Origin: Eledone cirrhosa
Taxonomy: Eukaryota
Direction: 5' to 3'
Length of the DNA stretch: 64,000 nucleotides
Assembly (NCBI GenBank): GCA_964016885.1
Contig: OZ024746.1
Coordinates: 19,902,001 to 19,966,000 of the forward strand
In this document: piece by piece, positions 40,633-56,355 of the stretch
Numbering within the stretch: the first letter of the stretch is position 1
Layout of the letters: every line of letters begins with the position of its first letter
Position numbers and translations under genes: made by a program
Notes under the pieces: model-generated
Databases searched by the model: none
Seen by the model: only the letters and a program-made list of their open reading frames with translations
Told to the model about the DNA's origin: nothing

Positions 40633-40677
40633 AGTCACTGAAGAGGTCACAGAGTGTGTGACGAAAGAACTATGACT
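40633..40677 (+). ncRNA. minimal type I hammerhead ribozyme in PLE pseudo-LTR
   Basis: AGTCA-CTGAAGA-G-GTCAC agagtgt GTGAC-GAAA-GAAC-TA-TGACT; sense to the PLE ORF. Confidence 0.75.
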
Positions 40678-40816
40678 ATATATATAAACAACTATCTGGT
40701 TGTGGAACCAACCAACCAACCAGAAATTCCTAAATTTATAAATTTATTATAATAAATTGAAGTGAAAGCAACTGGTGCGTGTGTTTCTTATTGGCAACAT
40801 GACCCTCTCAAAGTAT

Positions 40817-40882
<66 letters not shown>

Positions 40883-41171
40883 TTTAATAAATTAACAGAG
40901 AAAGCCTTAAGCGATACTCTGACCAACTCCATCTCACTCAACAAACATTAGGATATACCTAAGTATTTCCCCAATTTAGTGTTTGGGGGTGCTAACTAAT
41001 CAGTATTTCGTGGATAGCTGGTTGTATTATTTTATATGAGACATAATTAAATAAATATCCCTTTCCTTCCAGACGACGTTTCGTTATAAGATTTCTACAA
41101 TTTGGGATAAATCATGTCCAGGTTATGTAGAAACTTGTATATAATCCGTAGTTTTATACACAAGCGGGCTC

Positions 41172-41233
<62 letters not shown>

Positions 41234-42568
41234 TGTGGTTAAAAAATCGTGTAAGAGATACTGTTTAAAAGAAGTAGAGTCAATAGTTGAAATAGTGTTT
41301 GTCATTGTTAATTGTTAACAATTGAAGTATTTACTCTGATGTTGCAAATTTTCACAAAGGCCTATCCAATAGTAAAGATGCCATAAACATTTGAATTAAT
41401 AAACTCACATTTAGATATTTTCAGCCCAAAAATTATAGGATGTTAAGAGCTTATAATAATTGTGTGTAGGAGGATTAAAATTAAATAGAATTATTCAAAT
41501 ATGGTTCTTAAGTTGTTTACAATTTGATAAACACCACAAGTTAGTTTTATTTTGGTCATATAAAGTATTTATACAACTTTTTCTATTTCACATCTAGTCT
41601 GACAACTAGAGTTTAGTAATTAACTTATAAAATTATATCATACTCAGGAGCGGTGGAAGCATTTCAGAAAGGGGGGGAGGACAATTTAGTTGTAGTGATT
41701 AGTTTAGCTCTTTGCACTCTAAAATGGTCAGAAAACTTCGATATGCGATAAACATAACATGTACATAAATTGTAGCGCACATCCAAATAGACTTGTGTTT
41801 TGGTAGTTTGGGGAGAAAATAAGATTATTGGAGGGGTGCATGCCCCCCCCCCTCCATTGCCTAAAGTAGAAACAAACATTATATATGACAAAAGAAGAAC
41901 ATTACAAGAAATCCCATATTTACAAACTATACAATTACTGATCCCCCCACGTATTATTGCCACCCCTCCTATTATTTGGGACCCTAGAGTGCCACCAAAC
42001 TTTCCTCCTCTCTATGTCTATTAAACAAGTCTCTTTTAACACCCCCTCTCTGTATCTACTAAAACCAAATTCTACCCCTCTCTATATCTACAACGACACC
42101 GCCTCTCTTATCCCACTCTCTATATCTAAAACTAATACTCTCTCACTCTCTATAACTATCTACACCTATCTTTCTCAATCCCCCTCTGTATATCAATCAC
42201 CCCTAAACTCTCACCCCATCTATATCTACTACACGGCACTCTTCCATTATCCCACTCTGTATATATACAACCACCAAACCCCCCTCTCTATATCTACTAC
42301 ACGGTACTCTTCCCCCTCTCTATAACTAATACACGGAAATCTCTTCCAATCCCTCCTCTATATCAATTACCACTTGATATAGACGTGAATTACTTTGCTC
42401 CGGACTTTTACGGATTATTGTAAAAAAAACTGTGAGTTTATTGCTTAATTTAATAACATTGTTTAGTTTAACCCCTTGCCTGGGCCGTCAGACGTTGAGT
42501 CAACTAATTTTCGCCCCTTTCTGGGGCAAAATTTTCATTTTCATCTCAAAACTGTAAACTTGGTGGCA

Positions 42569-43678
42569 ATGGATGCCGTGAGTGCAACGCCCACTAAGAA
42601 AAGTGGTGGAGGGAAGGTAGGAGTACAAAGCTTGCAGCCTTCCCCCCTCGCATTATCGAAAAACGTTAAAAATATTGAAACCACGAAACCAAACCCGGTA
42701 AATATTACCAGCACCAACAACAAGAACAATGACAATAACACCACAACCAACAACTGCAACAATAGCTACACCAAGGAAAACATGAACAATATTACCAACA
42801 GTGACAACAACAGCAGCAACAAAAAAGACAACAACACCAAAACAACATTTGCACAGACTGTAAAAAAAAACGAACTATACACGCCAATAGACATAACAAA
42901 TGCTAAACAACTATTACAAGACGCAAAACAATTCGTGACTTTTGGCGAAAACGGTGCTTTTAGCATCAATTCTCCACAGGAATTACGTAGAGAGGCTGTC
43001 CTGAAAACTGTGGTTTTCAGGACAATATCGAACGAAACAAGAAAACCAGCTCAATTATCATAAAATGAAATTGAGCTGGTTCTAAAAGATGCAATGAAGG
43101 ACTTAACCTTCATAGAAAAAGGTAAACTGTTTGGTAGCATTTCGGTGCTAATGAACAACCAGTCAACAGCTCAAAAGTACTCGGTATCACCCATTGTGTC
43201 CCCCCGCTTCACCTTTTTCCCCAGATACAGGGGGAAAAGGACACAAAGAATAAAAATAATGAGTATCACACCAAATGTAAATATTTGGTGGATACTATGT
43301 GGAATCATTGACTTTGACGAAGACAAGATAATTTCAATAGGAAAGTCCTCCGGAGGTGTATTTGGTGGGACCAGCGTAGAAGTTCTGGTGCAAATGAGCC
43401 CAGAACGAATAGCGAATATCCCACAACGCGTGCCTCTGGACGGGCTAACTTATATAAACATTTCAGTGGAGGGAAGGCGGCCGTCATGTTACCACTGCTT
43501 AAGCAGGGGTCACCTGAGGGCTGCCTGTCCTCAATTAACGAGTCAAAAAAAAAAGGCTCTTCTGCCAACCGCGACAACCACCACCACCACCACCACCACC
43601 ACCACCACCACCACAACAACAACAACACGGAAAAATAACAACACAAAACACTGTTCCACCCAACCCCTTCCCACCTAA
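42569..43678 (+). pseudogene. Tx1 ORF1 (gag-like zinc knuckle protein), in-frame stop at 43061-43063
   Basis: ORFs 42476..43063 and 43094..43678 are in the same frame; CYHCLSRGHLRAACP. Confidence 0.75.
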
Positions 43679-43984
43679 AACAAATACAAAAGCAACCACA
43701 ACAAAACCCCAAAATATACCCCTCCCCAACAACACGGAAGAGGACTCCGTATCAACGTCACCCAGTGACGACGAGGGAGAACCCTTTCAACAGGTGAAAA
43801 GAAAAACAAAGGCACCACATTAACAAAAATGCCACAAACACACAACCACCAGCACAAACAGAACAAACATCACAAATAAAAAAAACCACCCCTCCCCAAA
43901 ACATAACACGTACTATAAAACGCAAACACCCGCAAGAACAACAAACAAAAACAAACACAACACAACAAAAACTCTATACAACTG

Positions 43985-46494
43985 GCCCCCATCTTCGACG
44001 ACTTTGAGATCTACGCATCTCTCTGTCAACCGAGGGGTGGGGGTGGGGTTGTCGTTCTGCTGCGAAAATACCTGGGTCTTGCCACACAGGAGGTACACCT
44101 GGACCCGGAGGGTCGACTGGTGGTTTTAGACGTCGGCAGTGGTGAAGGTGGAGCTTTCAGGCTGGTGGCAGCGTATGCCCCATCTGGGACACCGCGACCG
44201 GACTTCTTCCGACGCCTGGAGAATTTCCTGGGAACGTCTCGCTCCTTGCTTTTAGTGGGGGACTGGAATGGTATCCTGGATGCACGTTGGGACTATGTAG
44301 GGGCATGTCCCGATGGAGGGGGGTGTAACAGCCTCAAACGATTAATCGGCCGATTTGATCTGGCCGATAGATATCGACTAGATTTTCCGACTGTGCCACG
44401 GTGGACGTGGAGTAATCGCAGCGGAACATCTAGGTCGTACCTAGATAGGTTCCTAGTTAGAAATAAGGATAGGGACATATTAAGCTGTCCACGAATGTTC
44501 ATGGTTGACTATTCGGATCACAAGTTGGTGACCGGAGTGGTCAACCTTGATAGAACTCATAGACAGGGACCCGGTTACTGGAAGCTAAACTTGTCTTTAT
44601 CGACAAACAAAGCTTACAGTAAGCGGACTAGCACACTAGTTAAGCAGCGTTTGACGGGGGCAATTGTCAACAGCAGGTGGTGGGGCTCTCTCAAGAGAGA
44701 AATTAGAATAGAATCGATAGGTTTTAGTCAGGAATTAGCATCAGATAGGAATAGAACTGAAAGGGAATTAACAAATAGAGTAGAAGAGGCGATTGGGGGT
44801 GGCAACGTGGCCGACGTGCTGGCGTCAAGAACGGCCCTAGACCAGTTCTTTGATGCGAAGCACGAGGGCTGCGTTGTCAGGAGTAAAATACGTGCTCTGG
44901 ATAACGAGGGAGCCAAAGCTGTTAGCTGGGCCCGAGTGACAGAGGCAAAAAGTGGAAACAAGTCCACGATTCGGTCTTTGAAGGACCAGGATGGACGCGT
45001 GATCCTTGAACCTGAGCGGATGAGCGCGGCCTTTCAACGGCGCTTTTCACGACTGTTCGGGAGGGGCGGCGGGCCGGGTGGGGCCATGGATTTCGGTCCA
45101 TACCTCGACGGTCTGGCGCGGCTCTCGGACGGGGAGACGAAGTCCTGCGAGAGGCCGATTTCAGCCGCTGAAATAGGGGAAGCATTGAGCCAATGCGGCA
45201 AACGCAAATCTCCGGGTCTCGATGGTCTACCATACGAACTTTATGTAGCGATGCCGGGCTTGTTCTCCGGTCTCCTCGAGGCGGTCTACTGCAACTAGCA
45301 ACGGAACGGGATAATTCCCAGTTCTGTGACCAAGGGCGTAGTCACGCTGGTGAGGAAGGACGAGAACAAGGGGGATGACATAGATAACTTCAGGCCCATA
45401 ACTCTGCTAAACACAGAGTTAAAGATTTTGGCCAAGGTGTTAGCGAAGAGGTTGGCGCTTGTCGTCGGGAACCTGGTGGGAGAAGCGCAGACATGCGCAA
45501 TCCCGTCTAGGTCCATACACGACAACCTCCACCTCATGCGATACATCGTAGAGAGGGTAGGGAATGAATCCGGCTTTGGTGGGGCCCTGATCAACTTGGA
45601 TCAATCTAAGGCGTTCGATAGGGTTGACCATCGGTACCTGGATGCGGTGCTCGCGGCGGCAGGCTTCGGACCCGTTTTCAGTGGCTGGATTGGGCCCTGT
45701 TTGTGAGGCGAGCCTTTCCGAGACTCGTCTCACTCACCGAACTGCAATCCTGGGTCAAGCAAAGACCGAGAAACGTGGGCGACTGGCACATTGAATGTGC
45801 CCAGGCGCTCAGGGCCCTCTGGCAAGTGGATCCCGCAATCAGTGGAGACTCAACCTCAACATTCTATGGAAGGTTAGTGCGCAGTAAGTGCGACGACGCT
45901 CTCGGAGAGGCTCTGGGCATGGAGGAAGACGAGCTGGCCAGTCTTCTCGGTAGGACGTTTGGCCCGATGGACAACTTCCAAAAGTCCCTGGCTTGGCAAT
46001 GTTACCGAGGAGCTCTACCCGTTCGGGACAAGCTCTACAGACACGGGCGCCCGGGTAGGGACCCCTCGAAGAAGATCTGTCCGAGATGCGTGCGTGACGA
46101 GGAAACCGTCGCACACGCATTCGTACACTGCCCGGGCGTTGCTGACCTGTGGGGCTATGTGGAACGACTACTGTCGCGGGTGGGACCAATCCGGTTGACC
46201 ACCGAGAACATTGTCACGATCAAACCGCCTCCCCCTTTCAAAAACGAAGGAGAGGCGGTTTTCCTCTGTGTGATAGCCATGGCGAAAGAAGTTGTATGGT
46301 GGACAAGGTTGAAAGGGCTGAGGTCAGACACCTTTCTCTCCGGCCAACAACTGGTCTTTTTTTTCAAGTACCACTTTAGAAGAAGGATCAGAATGGAGAG
46401 AGAGGTGCTCTACCCCAGCAAGTTTTATGAAAGATGGGTGAAAGTAGCGAGAATGGCCCGAGTGAATGGGCCTTCTCTCTATATCATCCTGTAG
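43985..46494 (+). pseudogene. Tx1 ORF2 (APE endonuclease, RT N-half, C-terminal zinc finger)
   Basis: ORFs 44120..45298, 45326..45706, 45703..46494; stop at 45296; YADD region absent. Confidence 0.88.
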
Positions 46495-47049
46495 GTGAGA
46501 GAGGAGAAGAATGAGAAGAGGAAGGAAGCACCCGCTCTTTGTGCTCCTGAAGAGGAGGGTTGCACATTTTTTCGGGGGTGTGTGCGACCCATGTCAACGC
46601 CCCTCCCTATTGAGGACATCGATTGTTAAATTTAATTTGTTATATGTTTTTTACACGTCTTTTTAAATGTATGTAAACTCCCCCCTTTGTATTTGTCCCA
46701 ATCTTTGATGCCCTGGTGACAAATAAATAGAAATCTATATCAATAAACTTCAATCTCTCCCCTTCTCTATATCTATTATACAACACACTCTCCCAACACC
46801 TCTCACTATATCAATTACTACCAAACTGTCCCCCTCGCTATATCTGTATCTATCTCTCCCATCTGTCTCTCTACATAACATGTACATAAATTGTAGTGCA
46901 TATACAAATAGATGTGTGTTTTGGTAGTTTGGGTAGAAAAATATAATTATTGGTGGGGCTAGTTTCTTACCAACTTCAGTTGCCAATACTACCAACGGCC
47001 AGATTAATCTAGCTTTAAACAGTAGGTTGTTTTAAGCAGCAGCATTGTA

Positions 47050-47500
47050 GAAGAATTGACAAGCAGTAATTTCATAAAGCATGGCTTGGACGCTGCAGGC
47101 TTCCCTTCCCAGCTCGAGCCGGTGGGGCTGGACCGAGGGGATGGCAAAAGGCCAGATGATATGACTATTTTTCCCGTTCTGCGGTGGCAAACCCCTCGTC
47201 TGGGATGCCACTTGCACCGACACTTTCTCCAGCCTCAACCTGGTGCAGTCTGTGACTAGTCCAGGTTTTGCTGCACGTCGGGCTGAGGAGGCCAAACTTT
47301 CTAAATACCGGTCGCTCTCCCGGTGCGAGTGGAGACTTCTGGTGTCCTCGACCCTAGGGTTACCTCCCTACTCACCACCATAGGCGCTGAGCTGGCCAGC
47401 CGCAGGTGTGAGCCTCGCGAGTTAGAATGGCTTTTCCAGCGCGTCTCCCTTGCCGTCCTGCGGAGAAACGCCTTCTCTATTCTGTCCGTGAGGCTGTAGA
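47050..47500 (+). mobile_element. CRE-like non-LTR retrotransposon endonuclease fragment
   Basis: LEPVGLDRGDGKRPDDMTIFP, then (frameshift) GKPLVWDATCTDTF..AARRAEEAKLSKY..VETSG. Confidence 0.75.
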
Positions 47501-48921
47501 GGAGGACACCAATATGATGGACCGACTGTCATTTTATCAGTCAACTGTTGCTGTCGTTAGTTACATTAAATACTCATAATTCAAAGTAGCTAAGCAGTAA
47601 TTTTGCTCGTGATGTTGGAGCGGGTAAAGCTAATCACACGAGGCCTTCATCCTATCCAGAAATTTACCTCTCATTCACTTATTGAAACTGAACCCGAACA
47701 TGAACATCACTTTATTGATTATTGTAATTCTGAAGAAAGAAAAAAAAAAGGTTTTAGCTTAGTTTGATAGCTAAGATCAACACACCCGTATATTATTGAT
47801 ATAAATGTAGCATAGTGGATTAAGGCATTGGATAATTTATATGTTGCCTCATATAAGGTTTCATATATATATCGTGTATATATATATCAGCAAAATGTGA
47901 GTCGTGATAGAGAAAAGAAAGCCCAAGATATCACATTGCGGAAATGTTATCTATTTTTCATTAATAATAGAGTAAATATCGACAATTATGAATAAGTTGG
48001 GGTCTCGGTCAAAATATTAGTCAAAAGATCGGAAATACTGTATAACCGGGTTGCGGGGAGAGGAGGGGAAAGGAGAAGCAGACGATTATATACTGTGTAA
48101 AGCTGTTCTGCTAAAGAACGGGTCGCAGGTGGCGGATAGTGATACCTCCACCTGATATTATTGCTAGTTGCGATATAAGAGAGTAGCTGCCGGATAAATA
48201 AGCAACCCCGGACCAACAGCAGTAAACTACTAGGGGGGATGGAGCAATTGCTTCCAAGAAAACTCTCATAAACCAGTGATGTAGCTATGACGAGGCGAGT
48301 AAAGGCTGCCTCTCAGAAAACCTAATCTTTGCGGGTTTGAGAAAGTACCAAATGGTGATTGGCGCGAATAAGACCACCAAAACTGCAAAATGCAATATAG
48401 CGTGGGCTAACAAGTGACGTGTTTAGGCCTTAGGTAGAGTGGCCTGTTCGAAAAATATATTGTAGTCTCCATTTCATGCCGCAAAACTAACAATGAGCCT
48501 GTGACCTGTTATGGGAGGCGTTGTATAGATGCACAAAGATTGCTTATCCCGAGACCCGAAAGGGGGTCGGAAGGGAGAAAACCTTGACAACTGGAACCGC
48601 TATCATCACAACCCTTACAGGTAAGGATCAGGGACCAATGGGTGAGGCTAATGATACCGGCTAGATATAGTGGGGTTTCTTCAACAAAGTTGACTTCGAG
48701 CAACATCGTTAATAATGGTATCTACTATAAGCACAAGGCCAACAATTTGGGGAGGAGAAAGTCGATTAAATAGGCCCCTGTGCATTAAAGTAGCAGTAAC
48801 ACACAAGGGGCGACTGAATCGACTTTTCCTTCTCCCAACACTTCCGGTTAGCGATCGCTTAAATAAACATTTCTATATTTCCGTCACTAATTTTCTCCTA
48901 ATGTAGTTTATATATAATATC

Positions 48922-50413
48922 GTCTTTTTTAATGTACCATGGATTACGTTACTGATTACATAAGACAGTGTAACGCAGTCTTTTTTAATGTACCATGGAT
49001 TACGTTACTGATTACATAAAACATGTAACGCAGTCTTTTTTAATGTACCATGGATTACGTTACTGATTACATAAGACATGTAACGCAGTCTTTTTTAATG
49101 TATCATGGATTACGTTACTGATTACATAAGACATGTAACGCAGTCTTTTTTAATGTACCATGGATTACGTTACTGATTACATAAGACAGTGTAACGCAGT
49201 CTTTTTTAATGTATCATGGATTACGTTACTGATTATATAAGACATGTAACGCAGTCTTTTTTAATGTATCATGGATTACGTTACTGATTACATAAGACAT
49301 GTAACACAGTCTTTTTTAATGTATCATGGATATCGTTACTGATTACATAAGACATGTAACACAGTCTTTTTTAATGTACCATGGATTACGTTACTGATTA
49401 TATAAGACATGTAACGCAGTCTTTTTTAATGTATCATGGATTACGTTACTGATTACATAAGACATGTAACAGTCTTTTTTAATGTACCATGGATTACGTT
49501 ACTGATTACATAAGACAGTGTAACACAGTCTTTGTTAATGTATCATGGATTACGTTACTGATTAAATAAGACATGTAACACAGTCTTTGTTTAATGTACC
49601 ATGGATTACGTTACTGATTACATAAGACAGTGTAACACAGTCTTTGTTTAATGTACCATGGATTACGTTACTGATTACATAAGACATGTAACGCAGTCTT
49701 TTTTAATGTACCATGGATTATGTTACTGATTACATAAGTCAGTGTAACGCAGTCTTTTTTACTGTATCATGGATTACGTTACTGATTACATAAGACAGTG
49801 TAACACAGTCTTTTTTAATGTACCATGTACTGATTACATAAGACAGTGTAACACAGTCTTTTTTAATGTACCATGGATTACGTTACTGATTACATAAGAC
49901 ATGTAACACAGTCTTTGTTAATGTATCATGGATTACGTTACTGATTACATAAGACATGTAACGCAGTCTTTTTTAATGTATCATGGATTACGTCACTGAT
50001 TACATAAGACATGTAACGCAGTCTTTTTTAATGTATCATGGATTACGTTACTGATTACATAAGACAGTGTAACGCAGTCTTTTTTAATGTATCATGGATT
50101 ACGTTACTGATTACATAAGACATGTAACGCAGTCTTTTTTAATGTATCATGGATTACGTTACTGATTACATAAGACAGTGTAACGCAGTCTTTTTTAATG
50201 TACCATGGATTACGTTACTGATTACATAAGACAGTGTAACGCAGTCTTTTTAAATGTATCATGGATTACGTTACTGATTACATAAGACATGTAACGCAGT
50301 CTTTTTTAATGTACCATGGATTACGTTACTGATTACATAAGACATGTAACGCAGTCTTTTTTAATGTACCATGGATTACGTTACTGATTACATAAGACAT
50401 GTAACGCAGTCTT
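48922..50413. repeat. 55-56-bp tandem satellite, about 27 copies
   Basis: Unit GTCTTTTTTAATGTA(C/T)CATGGATTACGTTACTGATTACATAAGACA(G)TGTAAC(G/A)CA, head to tail with no spacers. Confidence 0.97.
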
Positions 50414-50514
50414 CGTTCAATTTCTGTGTATATTGTCAATTACGCTTTTATTTGATGTATCATATCTACATGTATATATACTTGCGTATAATATCAATAA
50501 ACACACTATACATG

Positions 50515-51052
50515 CTAGCAGAAAACCACCCGAACGGTGGTTTTTTCTGCTGGTTATAATATAATAAAGGGGGGAGTGCGGGACTGCGTCCTGAATATAT
50601 TTTTTTTATCCTGTTAGTAAAATAAGTTAGATTACTTTGAATAAATAATGAATGAATATTACATAATTTTTGTACTAAATTTGTAGCTGTTGATTAAACA
50701 TAAATACTCTTATATATAATGATCGCTTATTTTAAGATTCACTTCTTTTAAAATTTTCAAATGTCTACACTTCCGGTTAGCGTCCGTTACAACATAACAC
50801 TTATTACATCGCTTATGTAAACGTTCATATATTTGCATCGTTATATAAGGTTTATATTTCTGTCGCTAACTTTCTCATTTTTTGTTTTCATTTAAATGCA
50901 GTTTATATATAATATCGTCTTTTTTAAATGTATCATGGATTACTTTACTGATTACGGAAGAGAGTGTAACACAGTCTCTCTTCAATTTCTGTGCATATTG
51001 CCAATTACGATTTCATTTGATGTATCATATCTACATGCATATATATTTGCGT
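50515..51052 (-). mobile_element. Helitron-like 3' terminus plus segment carrying the single-copy satellite monomer
   Basis: CTAG + hairpin AGCAGAAAACCACC..GGTGGTTTTTTCTGCT, same motif as 57290; 50765-51052 homologous to the flanks of the array. Confidence 0.5.
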
Positions 51053-51639
51053 ATTTTCTAGGTGCAAATCCCATGGTCGTTCGTAACCGAAGGGGGTCTT
51101 TACATTTTTTTAGAGGTGTTAGTGGGATTTGAGTTGGGTAATAGTGGAAGAAATCGTTCTCTTGTTAATCAGTCGTTTTTGAATGTACATCTTATTTAAG
51201 TTTATTTCTTCCTACACACATATCTATAATTCGTTGAAATTCTGGAAATACTGGTTATAACGTAGATTTCCAGTAAAATAACAAACAATATATATTCTGA
51301 GTTTCCGATACATGCCTTCTATTCTAGGCATCAAAATTTAAATTGAAAAAGAAAATTAAAGTAAAATGATAGTTGATATTCCTGCTGGTGAAACTAAATA
51401 GTGTAATTTTCAATATATAACAAAGTGATAATGTAAAATCCAATTTTAATAACATGGGAAGTAGTAGTTGTGTTTCATTCTTTTGACGTATGTGCAAAAA
51501 CTTTCCGCCGCAGATGTGATGGAGGAAACTGTTGTGCTTGCACTAAAACCACAGGGGACGGCCAAACCAATAGCTGTATCGGCAACAAGAAAACTGCAAA
51601 ACTAACACTAGTACAACCGAATTTCTTAGGCGCGAGCCT

Positions 51640-52190
51640 TCGCACCCATTTTCGACGGCTACGAGGTGTATGTATCTCCAAACAGTCCGGCCTCGGGAGG
51701 CGAAGCCGCTGTTTGTTTCTGAAAAGCTTGGCTCTCATAATATGTACCATCTTCCTGGATCCAGGAGATGGGTCAACAGTGCTGGACGTGACCAGCAGCA
51801 AAATACATGCGTTCAGATTAGTAGCCATCTATGTCCCGACTTAGGCGAGACGGTCAGATTTCTTTAAACGCCTGGAGACCTTTCTGGGAACGTCCTACTC
51901 TTTAGTGTTAGAGGGTGACTGGAACGGTATCTTAGACGCACTCTCAGACTGTGTGGGGATAGCAGATAGGGGGATGCTAACTCTACGCAATCCTGCACAG
52001 ACGCTTCCAACTGTCTGACAGGTACCGACTGGATTTCCTGAATGTGCCAATGTGGACATGGTGAAACCGCATCGGGTCATCCAGATGGTATCAAGATAGG
52101 GTATTCTGCATGGAAATAGATAAGGTTAGCAAATGTTGTTCACAATTAAAAGTAATCGACTATACAGACTGCAAATTTGTAGTCGACCTA
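51640..52190 (+). mobile_element. degenerate Tx1 APE endonuclease fragment
   Basis: AFRLVAIYVP..DFFKRLETFLGTS.SLVL.GDWNGILDA, homologous to 44100-44530. Confidence 0.75.
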
Positions 52191-53221
52191 GCTTCTAGTA
52201 ATCGGGATCCGTCACAGGCAGGGACCCGGTTATCAGTAGAGATGTTGATAAATAGTAGTAGTAATTGTGGTAAGGAGGAAAAGGCAAAAGATGTCGGGTA
52301 TTTTTTTATTGAATCAAAATTTATTTTTGTAACAATCGTTAATTATTTAACGCATGCGCTTTAGTAAATTAACTGCCGTCTGATAAACTGAACCTTTACC
52401 AAGCACTTTGTTTCGTCATATGTTACATTCTGCAGGGCAAGGAAATTGATGTTTTTGTTAGGGTAGTTAATACAATTATGTAAGAAAAACAAATAGGAAA
52501 GACTATCCGTAAAACATTGTATATAAGGTAGTATTAAATGAATGAATTAAAATGTCGATAATGTTAATTAATATTATTCATATCATACGATAATGCATAA
52601 ATAAATGTAATGATTGTAATGTTATAAATTATTAGATGTTGAAGCCAAATAAATTAGCCGCATTTCCTTCTTAGCCAACCTTCGATGGTTCACAAATTAC
52701 TTCAAAGTTGTATAATTGTACAAACAAATGCCAAAGTAAATATTGTGTCTTAGTTATCAACTGTGAAATTTTTACTGGTCGACCAGTTGTTATTGTGTGG
52801 GCGTTGCACAAAATGCTTTGTGTCATTTACTTACGGCTTTTCAAGATGGCTGACTGAAAACACACGTGTTTTTTTCCTCCCCTTTTTTCCTCATTTTCCC
52901 CCATTCCACCCTCTTATTACTCTTTACTTTCTATTTATCTTCTATTTCTAACTCGGACTAGTCGCTGAAACGTTAAGACTCTCTTCCTGCTATTTCAAGC
53001 GTTAAACTAATACATTTCTTCCATGTACTGTGTCGTTTGTTTTGTTATTTCTCTTTACCTTTTACACACACATACATACACACACACATATACATATATA
53101 TATAAGTATCTATAGCATACCTGTCAACTGTCCCCGTCCGACGAGGAGATCTCCCACCCACTTTCGGGTGGGTGAAATATATCTTCTCTTGTGAAAATGG
53201 ACATAGCTATCATTATGTAAA

Positions 53222-53340
53222 ATCTGAGTTCAAATCCCGCCGAGGTTAACTTTGCCTTTCATCCTTACGGGGTTGATAAAATAAAGTACCAGTAATGCAC
53301 TGGGTAATTGCTGGCCTTGTGCCTAACGTAGAAACAATTA
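53222..53340 (+). mobile_element. SINE family A 3' part
   Basis: Matches consensus from the B-box onward. Confidence 0.8.
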
Positions 53341-53435
53341 TGTAAAATCTCCCTATTTTGTCTCTTTTCTCCCCGTTTTGGGGCACTTTTTTCCATGGTA
53401 CTCCTCGTTTGGGTTTTTACGGGTTGACAGGTCTG

Positions 53436-53567
<132 letters not shown>

Positions 53568-53605
53568 GAGTGATATATAAAGTATATAGTTTAGTAATTA
53601 TAACG

Positions 53606-53663
<58 letters not shown>

Positions 53664-53924
53664 GAGTGAAGAATAACACGGATCAACTATACATTAGGGT
53701 TACTCTTCACTCCTTTATTATTAATACTCTAGGAACCGCTTACCTGGAATCGACCACCCGAACACCACAACAAAGTAAACATCTTGTCGAGTCAAACAAC
53801 GCCGAACGTTAGAATCACCCACGATACAGATTACTCATAACCTATACTTGGATTACCTTAAACGAAACATCGTTTATTTAAAATATATATAAATATATAT
53901 AGTTTAGTGATTGTAACGTTATAT

Positions 53925-56330
<2,406 letters not shown>

Positions 56331-56355
56331 ACTATATATATATATATATATATTT

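Larger units (their letters stand above)
38428..40822 (+). mobile_element. Penelope-like element (RT + C-terminal GIY-YIG endonuclease + pseudo-LTR), 5' truncated, two frameshifts
   Basis: [48 protein letters not shown]; Cys-rich linker; VVY..C....C....YIGET with H...H; (TA)n on both sides. Confidence 0.93.
42400..46738 (+). mobile_element. L1/Tx1-clade LINE with internal deletions
   Basis: ORF1 with CCHC knuckle; ORF2 APE endonuclease (YAP, GDWN, SYLDRF, SDH), RT to DQSKAFDRV, deletion near 45700, C-terminal CxxC..ET..H...C; AATAAA 3' end. Confidence 0.92.

Noticed and set aside
41065-41122. Hammerhead ending GAAACGTCGTC (minus)
   Set aside because: 5' core reads CTGGACA and stems are poor
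48000-48710. Host exon in a GC-richer stretch
   Set aside because: No sustained frame; only a faint, stop-riddled LINE-like CxxC..ET motif on the minus strand
48922-50413. CRISPR array
   Set aside because: Units are contiguous with no unique spacers, there are no cas genes, and the context is eukaryotic
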